From NCBI GenBank assembly GCA_964016885.1, contig OZ024740.1, forward strand, positions 80,724,001-80,788,000: a stretch of 64,000 bases of DNA, given 5' to 3'. Every line of letters begins with the position of its first letter. Within the stretch, counting starts at the first letter, position 1. Positions 1 to 14,328 of the stretch are shown piece by piece. Below the pieces are notes generated by a model, which saw nothing but the letters and a program-made list of their open reading frames with translations, did not search any database and had not been told where the DNA came from. The position numbers were made by a program, and so were the translations under genes. The DNA comes from Eledone cirrhosa (taxonomy: Eukaryota).

Positions 1-131
1 AGACCATCATATCGCTATCCGCCACCTGTGACACGTTCTCTAGAAAAGCAGCTCTGTCGAGAAGCAAAGCAGCTAATGTGTGTATCCTTCCATGCTTAGT
101 GTGTTACCCTGCCTGTTCTCGGCTCGGCAGA

Positions 132-169
<38 letters not shown>

Positions 170-396
170 AAATGGGGAGAAGAATACTGCAGATTGCACA
201 TGGATAACATGTTATAAAATGAGTCCCTCATCAGTGATTTGCCAACGATCATAGATATTTCATTGCATTAAAAATCATATACCTCACGTTGGTGCAATAA
301 TAACTAAATTAAGTTATTAGGACAATTAAAAGGCGTAAAGCGAGTGAGACAAGTAACAACAAAGAGGAAAGCTAACCGTAGAAAGGAAGGGTACAA

Positions 397-531
<135 letters not shown>

Positions 532-939
532 GTAATTGTTGTTGCAGGTGGCGACTGCGATGGAGTAGTTACTCTCGATTATAGAGTTTTTTGTTCTGGA
601 TATGGATATCACTGCGACCAACACCGCCACGGTCGCTCGATTCTCACGTCTCTCCACCGTAACCAGATAATTGATACTCTAGATAGCTTGATTTATCAGT
701 TAGACTTTATGGCTATACGGCACCACCTAACAACTACCCTGGGCTGCACAGCATTCTTCAAGTAAGCTTAGCCTCGTTCACAGCTCTACTACCACCGTCT
801 CCATCCTCGCCGTCGACACCGTCGGTGTTGATGTTGTTGTTGTAGACGTTTTAGTTGCCGACCGAATCACCACGAGGTTTTACGTTTTATACTGTAGTTA
901 TGTATTGTTTCTTTATTCCCTACTTTACCATTAGAGAAC

Positions 940-2335
940 AGTCAGGAATTAGAGAAAAACACCATGGAACGTAACCGGCAATTAGCTAACTCCATCCACC
1001 AGAGAATTAGAGTTACTATAGACTACCCAAGCAAACACCTCAACCATCGATTACCTGTACTAGACACAGAGCTCTGGTTAGAAACCATTAATAACAAAAA
1101 TCAAATCCTCCATTCCCATTATGCCAAACCCATGACTTCCAAATATCTGATCCACCGAAACTCAGCTGTTTCGGACCACACCAAAATCAATATACTGATT
1201 GCGGATTTAGTACGGGTGATTGGAAACGTGTCCCGCATGTGCAACCCCAAAGAACTAGAGAGACACATACAACACTTCATGCACCGTATGCAGTTCTCTG
1301 GTTACAACCAGAGAGATAAAATCAGAGTATATAGAGGAGCCAGAACCAAATGGGAAAAAATGGTAAATAATGAAACAAATGGGACCTCCCCCTTGTATAG
1401 GAGCAAATTTTGGAATAGAATAGACAGAACCAGGAATAAGGTTAATAGAATAAACTCATGGTATGATAGCAATAAATACCAGAGTGTAATGTTCATCATA
1501 CAACCCCTAGAGGTGAATTAGCATACACATTTAGAAGGGCCCTAGATAAACTTAAACTAAATATTAAGATAGTGGAAAGACCAGCTACCTCCATAAAAAC
1601 ACTTATTAGTAATACATACCCTTTTCAAAGACCTCCCTGTATAGATAAGAAATGCATAATCTGTAAACTAAGCCCCCATATTAACTGTAAAACTAGAAAC
1701 ATAGTATATAGCATAAGATGTACTGAAGGACAATATAGAGATAAGAATATAGTGTACATAGGTGAGACAGCTCGGAGTATAGGAGAACGATTAAATGAAC
1801 ACTGGCGAGAACTTCAAGATAGTAAAGAATCATCAGTAATCCACCAACATGGTAAAATAGAACATAAGGGCAAATTAGAGAACATAGAAATAAAAATAAA
1901 ATCGACACACAGAAAAGAGGCAATGTTAGACAAATCACAGTGGCAATAAACATAAATGAATTCCAACCAAAATTAAATAGAAAACATAAATGGAACAGCA
2001 ACATCACAACTTACAATTAAGGACAAAATGAAATCACACACATAGAACAAACAACCAACCAGTAACTTTTAAATAAACAAATAAATAATCAAATAAAAAC
2101 ACACACAGACACCCGGATGTAACTGATGCACAAACTAAGCACACAACACAAACATACACCCGGATATAACACATTTTATATATTTATAATTTAATTTATA
2201 ATAAATTGGAGTGAAAGCAACTTTTGCGTGTGTTCCTTATTAGCAACATGACCCTCCCAAAGTATAACAGTATCGGTTTCAACACATCGGTTTCAGATAA
2301 AGAATCTTGCTAAAGAAATTCAGAAACGAAATATA
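940..2335 (+). mobile_element. 5'-truncated Penelope-like retroelement (Neptune-like), copy 1
   Basis: RT C-terminus/thumb plus GIY-YIG ORF remnants followed by a 3' UTR ending at ...ttcagaaacgaa(TA)n; same sequence recurs at 21900-23246 (-) and 56680-57287 (+). Confidence 0.88.
964..2000 (+). pseudogene. Frameshifted PLE reverse transcriptase C-terminus + GIY-YIG endonuclease
   Basis: LPVLD, HYAKPM, RMQFSGY and PLYRSKFW motifs (964-1521); CxxC...CKTRNIVYSIRC...YIGETARSIGERLNEH (1572-1949). Confidence 0.88.
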
Positions 2336-2358
2336 TATATATATATAACCATATATAA

Positions 2359-2412
2359 TTTTATCTGACGAGGACGTACTGAAAGAACAGCACCGAAATA
2401 TATATATTAAAA
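2359..2412 (+). ncRNA. Minimal type-I hammerhead ribozyme motif (family D PLE terminus)
   Basis: ttttat-CTGACGA-ggacgtactg..cagcacc-GAAA-tatata-TA-ttaaaa; homologous to 17758-17824. Confidence 0.6.
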
Positions 2413-2456
2413 CATATATTTTGATTATGAGAATGTCTTCATTTATTATTATTCAG

Positions 2457-2526
<70 letters not shown>

Positions 2527-2530
<4 letters not shown>

Positions 2531-3043
2531 ATAATAATAAAATTGAAGACTAAAATCCAAAGAGGGCTCGATAAGGAAAATATATATCAAATATATAAGA
2601 ACCGTAGAGCAAATATTTATTAAAATAACAGATTAAAGTTTTAGCAAAGAATCGCTGCTTTCACCCTTAACGGGATCTTCTGAAACTAACAAAGTCAATC
2701 TGTAAACGCAGAGCTGGATATTTCAAAAAACGTTGCAACCGGAGGAAGACAGGAAGACGATACTTTGGTTTGTGGTAACGTTCGCTGGCAAAGAACGGGA
2801 AAAAACGAATAATACGTCATTAATAGGAGCGGTGAAAAACAATTACGCGCAAAGACAGAACCACGTTTATGGTATAAAAGAGGTCGTAGACTAATATTCT
2901 CTATCGTCTTCCTGTCTTCACCCGGTTGCAACGTTTTTTGAAATATCCAGTTCTGCGTTTACAGATTGACTTTGTTAGTTTCAGAAGATCCCGTTAAGGG
3001 TGAAAGCAGCGATTCTTTGCTTAAACTTTAATCTGTTATTTTA

Positions 3044-3050
<7 letters not shown>
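2527..3050 (-). mobile_element. Fold-back PLE-terminus-like element (family A) in (TA)n
   Basis: About 150-bp inverted arms 2612-2762 and 2902-3050 plus a one-sided tail; related fragments at 16788-16945 and about 34165-34325. Strand is uncertain. Confidence 0.65.
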
Positions 3051-3079
<29 letters not shown>

Positions 3080-3983
3080 AGAGAAGGAGAGAGAGGGAGG
3101 GAGAGAGATGAAGAAAGAGAGAGATGTGTGTGTATGTGTATGAAAACGATAAAGTACAAACAGGAAATGAATTACACTAAAATAAAAGATTCAAATCATT
3201 TCAAAACAGCAGAAACATAAAAAAAAACAACGGGAAAATCAAAGTGGAATCCTAAAATAAATCGCTGAAAAAGATGAAGAACCTCAGTTCATAACCAATA
3301 TCCTGGAAGGTTTGACAGATCAAACTAAAATGAAGGCCAATAATAAATCAAATGAACGGGCTTAAAATCAGAAACAGAATGCCTCACCATAAAAACAACA
3401 AAAATAATACAATTAAAGAAGATTCTAACATCGATTACACAATATGTAACTATTACAATGAGACCTCTGACCATATCAACTCCGGCATATCAACATGAAC
3501 CTGCCTAGTTTGAAGGTATACACAGGCAGTATAGAGTTGGCAGATATTTGTACCAATATATCAACGCTTAAACGGAAATCAGGTTTCAAATATCATATAT
3601 ATATATATATATATATATATTGAGAATTTGGTAAGATCATCTCAGGCGTATCTATCAAAACTGACAACGGAATGAAGTCAAAGCGCCCAGGTATTAGAAT
3701 TAAGGATTGGAATGTAGATCCATGCGTGCTAATATACATTCAGCTTCGTTGTGACCAACATACTGGGTGAAAGGAAGAAAACAAATCTATCGAATTGCAA
3801 GCAACTGAAATATACAGTATGTAAGGATATGAAAATGAAAACAAAAATAACCATAAGAATTGGAGTTCTAAATGTAATAAAAATGAACAAAGCATACAGG
3901 CTATTCTAAGGCTTATAACGGTAACACGATCAAATTTTGTCTGCTAAATACAGACTATTTGAGCGCGTGAGGCAAGGATAGAT

Positions 3984-4195
<212 letters not shown>

Positions 4196-4499
4196 TGTGT
4201 GTCCTGAACAAGAGCGAAAAAACAACAGCTTTGGTTTAATAGCAAGAAATGAGTGCCTCAATTTATCTGCGAGAGCCACAACTAATTATCAAAATAAAAT
4301 AATGAAAAAGGTGCTAAAATACCAAGTGCGATAAGTGATTACTACGGTTTTTGCTTGCAATCAAGCATGACTTGGTAGTATATACCCTGCTATCGCTAAG
4401 GGCTTTAGGTGAGCAAACAGTTACTAGCAGACACCAACACACCAGAGCAATCCTTCTGGGTGACAGCTGGAAGGTGAGAAAGTGGTAGTAGATGTGTGC

Positions 4500-4625
4500 T
4501 GGCACTTTTTTTTATCAACCCGGAAAGAATGAAAGGCAAAGTGTACTTCGGGGGGATTTGAACACAGAACGCAGTGTGCTTGAAAAAATATACACGTGTT
4601 CAACGACTCCGCGAAATCGACTTCC
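4500..4625 (-). mobile_element. Diverged partial tRNA-derived SINE
   Basis: ttatcaacccggaaagaatgaaaggcaaagt...gatttgaac matches the SINE body at 8361-8548. Confidence 0.65.
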
Positions 4626-5249
4626 TTGAACCAAGTAGAAGAGAAGTTTTGCGAAATATATTTACAGATACGAACAATATGCCGCCATATCGAAGTGAAA
4701 AAAGATTAGAAATGGTATAAACGAGTACTAATCACACGATCTAATTTTTAGGGACAGACCTGTCCAAACTGACATAGAGATAAAAAATCAAACCATTCAG
4801 ATATAATTATCGAGATCTGGCAAGAAAATATCTGAACGCTGATAGACATCGGAGGAAAACTGTCAAAATAAAATAATGTTAAAATGGAAATAAGTAGGAC
4901 ACATGCCGTAAAGGTAAAATCAGTACCAATAACAATTTATAACAAAGATGTGTAGAGAATATATCTGTTCTCACAACATTACATACATTCCAAAGCTCGT
5001 GGTACAAAAGCCATTTCAGCTCATTAGAACGTCTCCTAAATATCTCATTCATTTCGTACAATCGTCACTCAATAAACTAACACTATTCAATCCACACATA
5101 CTCTACACAATCAGCATTCAATAATATTAAATAAATGTTAATCCTACATAATTACTAATGCAACAATTTAACCTGAACATTCCGAAAACCTCCCTGAAGT
5201 CACCTTCTATATCATTATCCCCCAAGAATATGACATGACAAAGCACAAC

Positions 5250-5560
5250 AACTCGATAGATAACATAGGTCAGAGATCAGAGTGTATCTCCTGGTAGAAC
5301 CTATACTTCTACCGAATTCAGAAATCGCAGCTCTGATATTATGGACATCTGCTTAGAATGTCTTAGGAACGAATCGCTGGACAGATTTTAGGGACAAAAC
5401 CAACGGACAGGATACCTTGGGGTACAACCTTAACAAGACGGTTGGTTAACATCCATGAGCTTGGCTAGTTCCGCTTAGAAATCCAGCCGGATCAGTTGGA
5501 GACGGTTGCTTCTGACAGGAGCTTCTGGAAGGACTCTGCCCACGACCGTGTCTGGAATAA
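5250..5560 (+). mobile_element. Decayed 3' end of an RTE-clade LINE
   Basis: Manual translation across frameshifts gives RIQKSQL..GHLLRM..ERIAGQI...RLEIQPDQLETVASDRSFWK, resembling the RTE ORF C-terminus, followed by an A-rich tail. Confidence 0.6.
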
Positions 5561-5917
5561 AAAACAAAAACAAAGCAAATGTTCTCTAAAACCACAAGCC
5601 AATATTATAAACAATATCGCAACTGGTATAACACATAAAACACTAGATCGTTATTCAACTGAACGAAAGTAATATACGGAGGGCGCTATTCTAAATTAAT
5701 AATTAGTAGAAACAAGGCAACACATCTCATAATAAAGCATACAAACAAACTTCTAAAATCTTCAATTTTGCAAACAAACAAACAGAAGTTAACGTTTTGT
5801 AGTAACTAAAAGGAATCTCTTGAAAATATGATGCTAATATATATCCGTGTTCGTCATTTTTAATACATACATATATAGATACGTACATACATACATCCCC
5901 CCCCCACACACACACAG

Positions 5918-6048
<131 letters not shown>

Positions 6049-6296
6049 TATATATATATTTAAATAGCCATGTAAAAGGTAAACAGAAATAATAAACCAA
6101 ACGACAGACATACATTGAAGAAATATATTAGTATAACGCTTAAATAGTACAACATATACTTAACGTATCGGACACTAGTCCTATCAGAAGTTAGGGTTAA
6201 GAATAGAATATAAATAGAAAAAGGCGTTAGAAGAGGAAAGGACAGGGTTAAATAAGAAAAAAAAGAGGGAGAAACAAACGTGGGTATTTAGTCAGC

Positions 6297-6330
<34 letters not shown>

Positions 6331-6569
6331 CACATATATATGTAGCAGTCTGTAGGTTATCTAATTTATTTGCTACATAATCGCTGTTATACGTGTTTCG
6401 ACAGTAACTGTTACGTAACAGCTTTTCCATGTACAGAAAGTTGCATGAATAAAACTGACATGTATAAATAACATGTATAAATAACATGAACCAAAAATTA
6501 CTCATGCAGCTTCCATTCAATGATATGCCACGGACGGGGTATTGCCATATATATATATATATATATATA

Positions 6570-6860
6570 ATATAGAAAAGGCTCTAGACTAGAACTGTTT
6601 CATTCGGGAGAAATCATCAGGAAGCCCCGATGATTTCTCCCGAATGAAACAGTCCTAGTCCTGTAGAAGCCTTTTCTATATTAAATATTCATACTCTGCT
6701 ATGTATTGAATACCTTACTTACTGTGGTTACCCCCGAGTGAACACGGGATAGGAGTTGCTAGCTGATAGGAAACAGTACTCAATAGCGAAGTAGTGTTTA
6801 AAAATTCATTTCATTAAGGCTAAATAGTGATTCTTGTTCTTCTAAAGTTTCGCTAACATG
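6570..6860 (+). mobile_element. Fold-back PLE terminus with minimal hammerhead in both arms
   Basis: Arms about 6572-6620 and 6627-6680; c(c)GATGA-tttctcccgaat-GAAA-ca-GTC on +, and CTGATGA on the - arm; related fragment at 38595-38630. Confidence 0.65.
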
Positions 6861-6893
6861 ACTTACTATTTAGAATATACATACATATATATA

Positions 6894-6960
<67 letters not shown>

Positions 6961-7515
6961 GTGTGTGTGCGTGTGTGTATATTTATGTATTTATGTATGT
7001 ATGTATTTATGTATATATGTACTGTGCGAACATACATGTGTGTACGCTTGTGTACATGCGAGTGCGGGTCTGTATACATAGATATTTTACTGTTTACATC
7101 AATTTGTTCAAGCTAATTTATATATAGGAAGTTATTTTTGTTGGTCTTAGTGACTTTACAATTGGCTGGTTTTCCTACATTCAATACGTTGAAGATATTA
7201 TAGTTAACGAAATTATTATATGTTTATAACCTATCAGCATTTTTAGTACTTCAAGAAATATTACTTCGTTTCCGGATAGTAAATATACATAGATATATGA
7301 ATATATTTAAAGTACACCTCGCTTTTATTTATTCTCTTAATTCATTTTTTGTTTTGCTTGTTTCCCCCTCTTGCTTCATCTTAAAGACATAGACCATTAA
7401 TGTTGTTTCGATACACCCACACCCCTCAGACGCACAAATACACATAGAAACCCACACTGACGTACACATACAAACAAACACACACACATATATATATGTA
7501 AGTACACACGCACAT

Positions 7516-7586
<71 letters not shown>

Positions 7587-7589
7587 TAA

Positions 7590-8335
7590 ATAGGAAAAAG
7601 TATGAACCCGACGGCAGGGCTCAAACCGTTTCGACAGCTATTTCTAGTTTTTTTAGTCTGGTAAATAAATAGCCGAACTTTCCAAGGGTACTTCCTTAAA
7701 TGGAAATATTGTAGTTGTCAAGGGGATTGGTCAAAATTGGTAGAGGACACAGAAAAGTCTATCATGGCAATGGGTGCGGGGTGGGGATGGCTGAACTTGC
7801 CTGTAGAACGATAGGCGAGTGGGTAGAGCCGGTCAAGCGTAGAAGGTGAAATCTACACGGCAAATTCAAAGGAATGTCTAAGAAAAGGCCAGAGAAGGTT
7901 GGCGAAAAATGGTATCTTTAGAAAGTGAAGAAGGGACGTTATAGAGATAGTAAATCAAATGCGATTAGGAGACAAAGAAAAAATATAATAAAAAAGAATC
8001 TAATAAAAAAAATGAGAGAAATATGTAAAAGAAAGTAAGATTGGAAAGTGAGAAGTGAAAAAAAAGTCTAACACAGCTGCTATATTTCGGCCAAAGCCAC
8101 AGAATGAGTTGCTAGATGTGTATAATTGAAAAATTTAGTATTAAAAATTTAGTATTAAAAATTAATACCAGACTAAAAAAAACTCTTACTTTAGTCCACA
8201 AATAGCCGTCGAAACGGCTTGAGCTCAGCCGTCGGGGTCATACTTTCTCCTATTACCCACTCAACTACCCTAAGTATTGAGTACTCTGGTGCGTTATGGT
8301 CCATCTGGTTCCTTAACATAAATCCTCCGTTATAT
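7590..8335. mobile_element. Fold-back PLE terminus, family B (long copy)
   Basis: Inverted arms 7590-7665 and 8165-8252 plus tail ending in (TA)n; same family at 16964-17116, 21620-21830, 26577-26772, 51702-51912 and 54465-54545. Confidence 0.75.
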
Positions 8336-8360
8336 ATATAAATATATATATATATATATA

Positions 8361-8548
8361 ATTGTTTCTACTTTTGGCACAAGGCCAGCAATTATACAGT
8401 ACATTACTGGTACTTTATTTTATCGACCCCGTAAGGATGAAAGGCAAAGTTAACCTCGGCGGAATTTGAACTCAGTTCATAAAGGGACGTAACTCTATGC
8501 TTAAAGACATGGTGTCCGACTCTCTACCGATACTGCCAATCCACCGTC
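8361..8548 (-). mobile_element. tRNA-derived SINE (central domain resembles the Meta/CORE-type conserved SINE domains)
   Basis: Reverse complement has A-box tggcagtatcgg, B-box gagttcaaattcc, central gcctttcatccttacggggtcgataaaataaagtacc and 3' gtagaaacaat; multiple copies in the window. Confidence 0.85.
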
Positions 8549-8564
8549 ATATATATATATATAA

Positions 8565-8606
<42 letters not shown>

Positions 8607-8611
8607 ATACA

Positions 8612-8700
8612 TATACATACATACATACATACATACATACATACATACATACATACATACATACATACATACATACATACATACATACATACACACATAC
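8612..8700. repeat. (TACA)n tract abutting the 5' end of the R4-like LINE
   Basis: Directly visible. Confidence 0.97.
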
Positions 8701-11700
8701 ATCAGTCAACGCGATAAGTCGCATATTTTGGCGTGGGAGACTACTTATTAAATTTAAGATGAATACTATCTCCCACAGTAATGCCACAACTACAGCCAGG
8801 TTGAATAACTGGTTATTCTTCTAACTATCCATTCTGAAAACACCTTTTATTCTAATTCGTAGAGATATCCGACTAAATACATAATTCATTTTACAAGGAT
8901 TTGCTACAAACAGCATGATTGAACACAACATCAACAAACAAATTAAGGAAGTATCGAAGACAAATAACAAAGAAGGTAATCAAACTTTATTCAGTTGTAG
9001 CTACAGAAGAAACCGAAATTATAAATCGCATTAATTGTTATAAAATGGTAAAAAACAATCCCTCCATTGGCTATATGATTAGAATGAAGCTACACTGGGA
9101 CGAAATGCACCCAGAGCTAAATTATTTCACAGCGAAACAATTACGCCAACAAGCGACGTTTGTTGAAGGTAAAAATAAGATAAATATTATTAATTGTAAG
9201 TCCCCCACAACAAACATGGAATCAACAACACGTGCCACAGATCGCCATGCTACTAGACTTCCTAGCAGCCAGGTCGAACAGCGCCTTGAAACAACTATGC
9301 CTGTAAGAAACTTGACACCACCTGTAACATCTAAGTCTACCTCGAATGCTGGGGAAAACACTATCGTTAATAATAATAATCGAAGAAATAATAATAATAA
9401 TCGAATAAATGTGACACCACGTATACCATCCGAGTCTACCTCGACTGTTGTGCAAAATACTATCGATAAAGATAATCAAAAGTATAAACAAGTGAAAATT
9501 TCCCTCAGACGAAATCTTCCAGAGAGAAATTAACTCATGTATAAATATCTCTCTAGCTGAACGTGTTAAAATGACAATGGTGAATAAAAAACCAAATAAT
9601 GAAATACTACGTGTTATTGACGAAATAGGGGATGAATATTTACGACGGATAAAAACCCCAACATTTTGGCAAATCAACGCCTGTTTATATGCCTTAGCAA
9701 TGACAGTGAAGCATTATCTTGGTGATAGCAGAGATATTAACAAGAACAAAACACCACCAAAAATACCATCATATATAACTAAAATAGAAAAAAAGAGTGC
9801 TGACTTACGAAAAAACATAGGACATGTGACAATGCTCCTTACATGCAAACAAACACAAAAAACCTCACTCCTCACCAACAAAAAGTGAAAAATAAAATAC
9901 AGACGATGTTTGGTAACAGCAGAACCAGAACTCTCCAATATAAGCTGATCACCCTCAAACAAGAATTGAGAGCTGTTAGCGAAAAACGCCGATACCTGAA
10001 GAAGGTAGATGAGAGCAAAATGCTTAATAAAAGATTCAGATGAAACCAAACATCAGTCTATAGAGATATGAAGGACAAAATAATAAGTGTCACTGAGGCC
10101 CCATCCCAGAAAGACATAGATTCCTTTTGGAGAAAAATATGGGGTGAAAAGAAGAATTTCAACCAAGATGCAGTGTGGCTAAGAGAAATTCGAAAGAACT
10201 ATTGCTCCTACACTACAACAAAAACATACGAAATAAGTGAGGGTACCCTTGAGACTGTGATAGGAAAGCCCCAAGATAAGAAAACACCAGGAAGAGACAT
10301 GATTATCGGCTACTGGTACAAAAAACTAATATTCTATCGGAGGTATCTTACTGACTCTGCCAACAAGTTCTTAAGGGAGATACACTTATACCAGAATGGT
10401 TGACATTAGCACAGACGTTACTGGTCCCCAAGAACAAAGACACCCACTTGGCAAAAACTACCGACCCATTGCATGCCAGAACCTGATGTATAAGATGTAT
10501 ACAGCCTGCCTGGACCTATTCCTCCAAGATCACTGTGAAAATAATAACATCATCACAGATGAACAGGCAACTGGAAAGAAAAGGGTTTGGGGATGTGCTG
10601 AACAACTCCTAATCAACAAAACTGCGATGTCGCAGGCGCGACAACTTAGGAGGAGTATGACTACAGTCTGGCTGGACTACAAGAAATTTTCAATTCTGTT
10701 CCCCACTCTTGGATGATAGAGGCCCTCCAACTTGCTAAAGTCCAAGACATTATTGTCAGAGCCATAGAGAGGCTGTCTTATTTTGGGGCTACTATCCTAA
10801 GGTTAAAGACAGAGAAGGAGGACTCTATTTTCACTGATAAAATAAAATATTGCAGGGGTATATTTCAGGGGGACAGTCTCTCTGTGATATTGTTCATCTT
10901 GTCATTAAACCCCTTGTCCTTTCTGCTCAAGAAATCTGAGGGATACATCATTGGCTCACAGGAGAACAGAAATACGAACCTAACCCATAACTTCTTTGTG
11001 GACGACCTGAAACTATATGCCAAGAACATGGATGGGATGAAGAAAAATCTTGACCTCGTTACAACGTTCTCAAAGGATATAGGAATGGAGTTTGGCAAAG
11101 ATAAATGCTCATACATGACTGTAAAGCGGGGAAAAACAACAACCCAATCTAGCAACATTGTCATCAATGGTCTAACTGTTTCACCTATATCTAATGAGGA
11201 CTGCTACAGATACCTGGAGATAGATGAGAACATATCCTATAATGGTATCTGTAATAAAGAATGCCTAACCAGGGAATACTACACCCGATTAAGAAAGATC
11301 TGGTCCTCGGAACTCTCTGTGCAAAACAAAACAGTGGTTCACAATGTGTTTGCTGTACCTGTCCTAACACCAACGTTTGGAATACTCAATTGGACGATAG
11401 ACGAAATCCGATCTACGAACCTCGAAGCGTAGGAGCCCGCTTCTCGAGCAAGTCTATCTGCATGAAACAGATAAGATCATGAGAGTTGGGAAGGAACTCC
11501 ATGAGAGATATTGCCTGTGTGATAATCAAAATCTCACACCCAGGGATGTCACTCAGCAGTATCGCAGTGAATCCATGGATAAATAACTGCATGCCTATAA
11601 GCAAAAAATCATGCATGGATATGTTGCCAGGAAGCTCCAGAGTGAGAGTAGTATAGATAAGGAAAGTAGTCTATCTTGAACCAACAACCGCTATATTGGC

Positions 11701-12610
11701 TCCCACTTTGAAGGATACGCTTTTGCAATCCAAGAACAGGAGATTAGAACGAAATACCTGATTCACAAAAGAGATAGGGATGCAGGCAAAACACCTAGAT
11801 GTGATAACAAGTGCAGACTTTGCAGAACTAACATCGAGGATATCACCCATGTCATCAGCAGCTGTCCAAAGATGTCATCGCGGTACTATCTACCTATGAG
11901 GTATAATGTAGTGGCCAAAACATTGCACAATGCAGTTCGTAAAAAAGATAGCCCCGATAATAAACACATTAAAAGCTACAACAATGTGGAAGACATCCAT
12001 GTACATAATATGAAAGAGTACTGGTGGAATGTTCCAGTAAAAACCCCAATACAATGCAGGCGTAGCAGACCAGATATTATGATATGGGACAGGGAGAAGA
12101 AAACATGCACAGTAGTGGAAATTAGCTGCCCAGCAGATACCAATATAATATCAAAGATTAGTGAAAAGGAGAATATTTATGCAGAACTGATGAGAAATCT
12201 GCAGATACTCCACCCTGATTACACATTCAGATTTATGCCTGTGATTATTGGGGCATTGGATTATGTTAGTAACTGCCTCAATACAAATCGTGAGAAGATA
12301 GGCTTCACAGGAACAGAAAGAACACAACTAGTTAGGAAACTACAAGTACAGTCCATTAATGGAACAGTAAAATTATGTAAAACATTCCAAAAATGTTGCA
12401 TCTAATAACTGCATATACACATGTACAGATACAAAGTATATACACATGCACACATATAACTCAAAACATACACATACACACATACAATAACATCCATATC
12501 TACACATGCATGCATACATACATATCTACCTAGTTGATGTTGTTTAAATTCCAATGAGAGAGTCTTGTGTCTATGTTAGAAACCGACTTAGGATAGTAGC
12601 CCAAGAAGAA
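8700..12610 (+). mobile_element. Near full-length R4/Dong-clade non-LTR retrotransposon (RT + CCHC + restriction-like endonuclease)
   Basis: Single long decayed ORF with R4-type N-terminus, RT and C-terminal RLE; 5' UTR starts at (TACA)n; 3' UTR about 12405-12610. Confidence 0.9.
8914..12405 (+). pseudogene. R4-like ORF: N-terminal domain, reverse transcriptase, zinc knuckle, RLE; multiple frameshifts, stops and a deletion near 11.41 kb
   Basis: GYMIRMKLHWDEMHP; KTPGRD; NYRPIAC; WLDYKK; GIFQGDSLS; FVDDLKLYA; CRLC..EDITHVISSC (manual); RPDIMIWD..VVEISCP..EK..Y. Confidence 0.92.
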
Positions 12611-14328
12611 GACAACCTCTCTATGGCTCTGACAATAAAGTGGGTGTCTTTGTTCTTGGGGACCAGTAACGTCTGTGCTAATGTCAACCATTCTGGTATA
12701 AGTGTATCGCCCTCAGAACTTGTTGGTAGAGGTCAGTAAGATACCTCCGATAGAATATTAGTTTTTTGTACCAGTAGCCAACAATCATGTCTCTTCCTGG
12801 TGTTTTCTTATCTTGGAGTTTTCCTATCACAGTCTCAAGGGTACCCTAACTTATTTCGTATGTTTTTGTTGTAGTGTAGGAGCAATAGTTCTTTCGAATT
12901 TCTCTTAGCCACACTGCATCTTGGTTGAAATTCTTCTTTTCACCCCATATTTTTTCCAAAAGGAATCTATGTCTTTCTGGGATGGGGCCTAAGTGACACT
13001 TATTATTTTGTCCTTCATATCTCTATAGACTGATGTTTGGTTTCGTCTGAATCTTTTATTAAGCATTTTCCTCTCATCTACCTTCTTCAGGTATCGGCGT
13101 TTTTCGCTAACAGCTCTCAATTCTTGTTTGAGGGTGATCAGCTTATATTGGAGAGTTCTGGTTCTGCTGTTACCAAACATCATCTCTATTTGATTTTTCA
13201 CTCTTTGTTGGTGAGGAGTGAGTTTTTTTGTGTGTTTGTTTGCATGTAAGGAGCATTGTCACATGTCCTATGTTTTTACGTAGGTCAGACCTTTTTCTTT
13301 TCTATTTTAGTTATATATGATGGTATTTTTGGTGGTGTTTTGTTCTTGTTAATATCTCTGCTATCACCAAGATAATGCTTCACTGTCATTGCTAAGGCAT
13401 ATAAACAGGCGTTGATTTGCCAAAATGTTGGGGTTTTTATCCGTCGTAAATATTCATCCCCTATTTCGTCAATAACACGTAGTATTTCATTATTTGGTTT
13501 TTTATTCACCATTGTCATTTTAACACGTTCAGCCAGAGAGATATTTATACATGAGTTAATTTCTCTCTGGAAGATTTCGTTGAGGGAAATTTTCAATTGT
13601 TTATACTTTTGATTATCATTATCGATAGTATTTTGCACAACAGTCGAGGTAGACTCGGATGGTATACGTGGTGTCACATTTATCGATTATTATTATTATT
13701 TCTTCGATTATTATTATTAACGATAGTGTTTTCCCCAGCATTCGAGGTAGACTTAGATGGTACAGGTGGTGTCATGTTTCTTGCAGGCATAGTTGTTTCA
13801 AGGCGCTGTTCGACCTGGCTGCTAGGAAGTCTAGTAGCATGGCGATCTGTGGCACGTGTTGTTGATTCCATGTTTGTTGTGGGGGACTTACAATTAATAA
13901 TATTTATCTTATTTTTACGTTCAACAAACGTCGCTTGTTGGCGTAATTGTTTCGCTGTGAAATAATTTAGCTCTGGGTGTATTTCGTCCCAGTGTAGCTT
14001 CATTCTAATCATATAGCCAATGGAGGGATTGTTTTTTGCCATTTCATAACAATTAAATAAATCAATATTAAGTTCGCAACTCCAAGAGAAATGCGATTTA
14101 TAATTTCGGTTTCTTCTGTAGCTACAACTGAATAAAGTTTGATTACCATCTTTGTTATTTGTCTTCGATACTTTCTTAATTTTTTTGTTGATGTTGTGTT
14201 CAGCCATGCTGTTTATAGCAAATCCTTGTAAAATGAATTATGTATTTAGTCGGATAGCTCTACGAATTAGAATAAAAGGTGTCTTCAGAAGGGATAGTTA
14301 GAAGAATAACCAGTTATTCAACCTGGCT
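12611..14328 (-). mobile_element. Second, 3'-truncated copy of the same R4-like LINE, inverted
   Basis: Reverse complement matches about 8792-10450 then jumps to about 10751-10778; 5' end abuts (TATG)n at 14329-14385. Confidence 0.92.

Noticed and set aside
200-240. Hammerhead on the minus strand (CTGATGAgggactc)
   Set aside because: The GAAA half and stem II partner are missing
2980-3015. Hammerhead in family A (CAGAAGA-tccc gttaa gggt-GAAA)
   Set aside because: There is no U16.1/NUH site and no stem I pairing; at most a relic
3690-3890. APE endonuclease N-terminus-like peptides (IRIGVLNV)
   Set aside because: Too short and degenerate to support a call
9122-13965. Antisense ORFs over the LINE copies (likewise over the PLE and Helitron ORFs)
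   Set aside because: These are shadow frames of the element coding strand with no recognisable motifs
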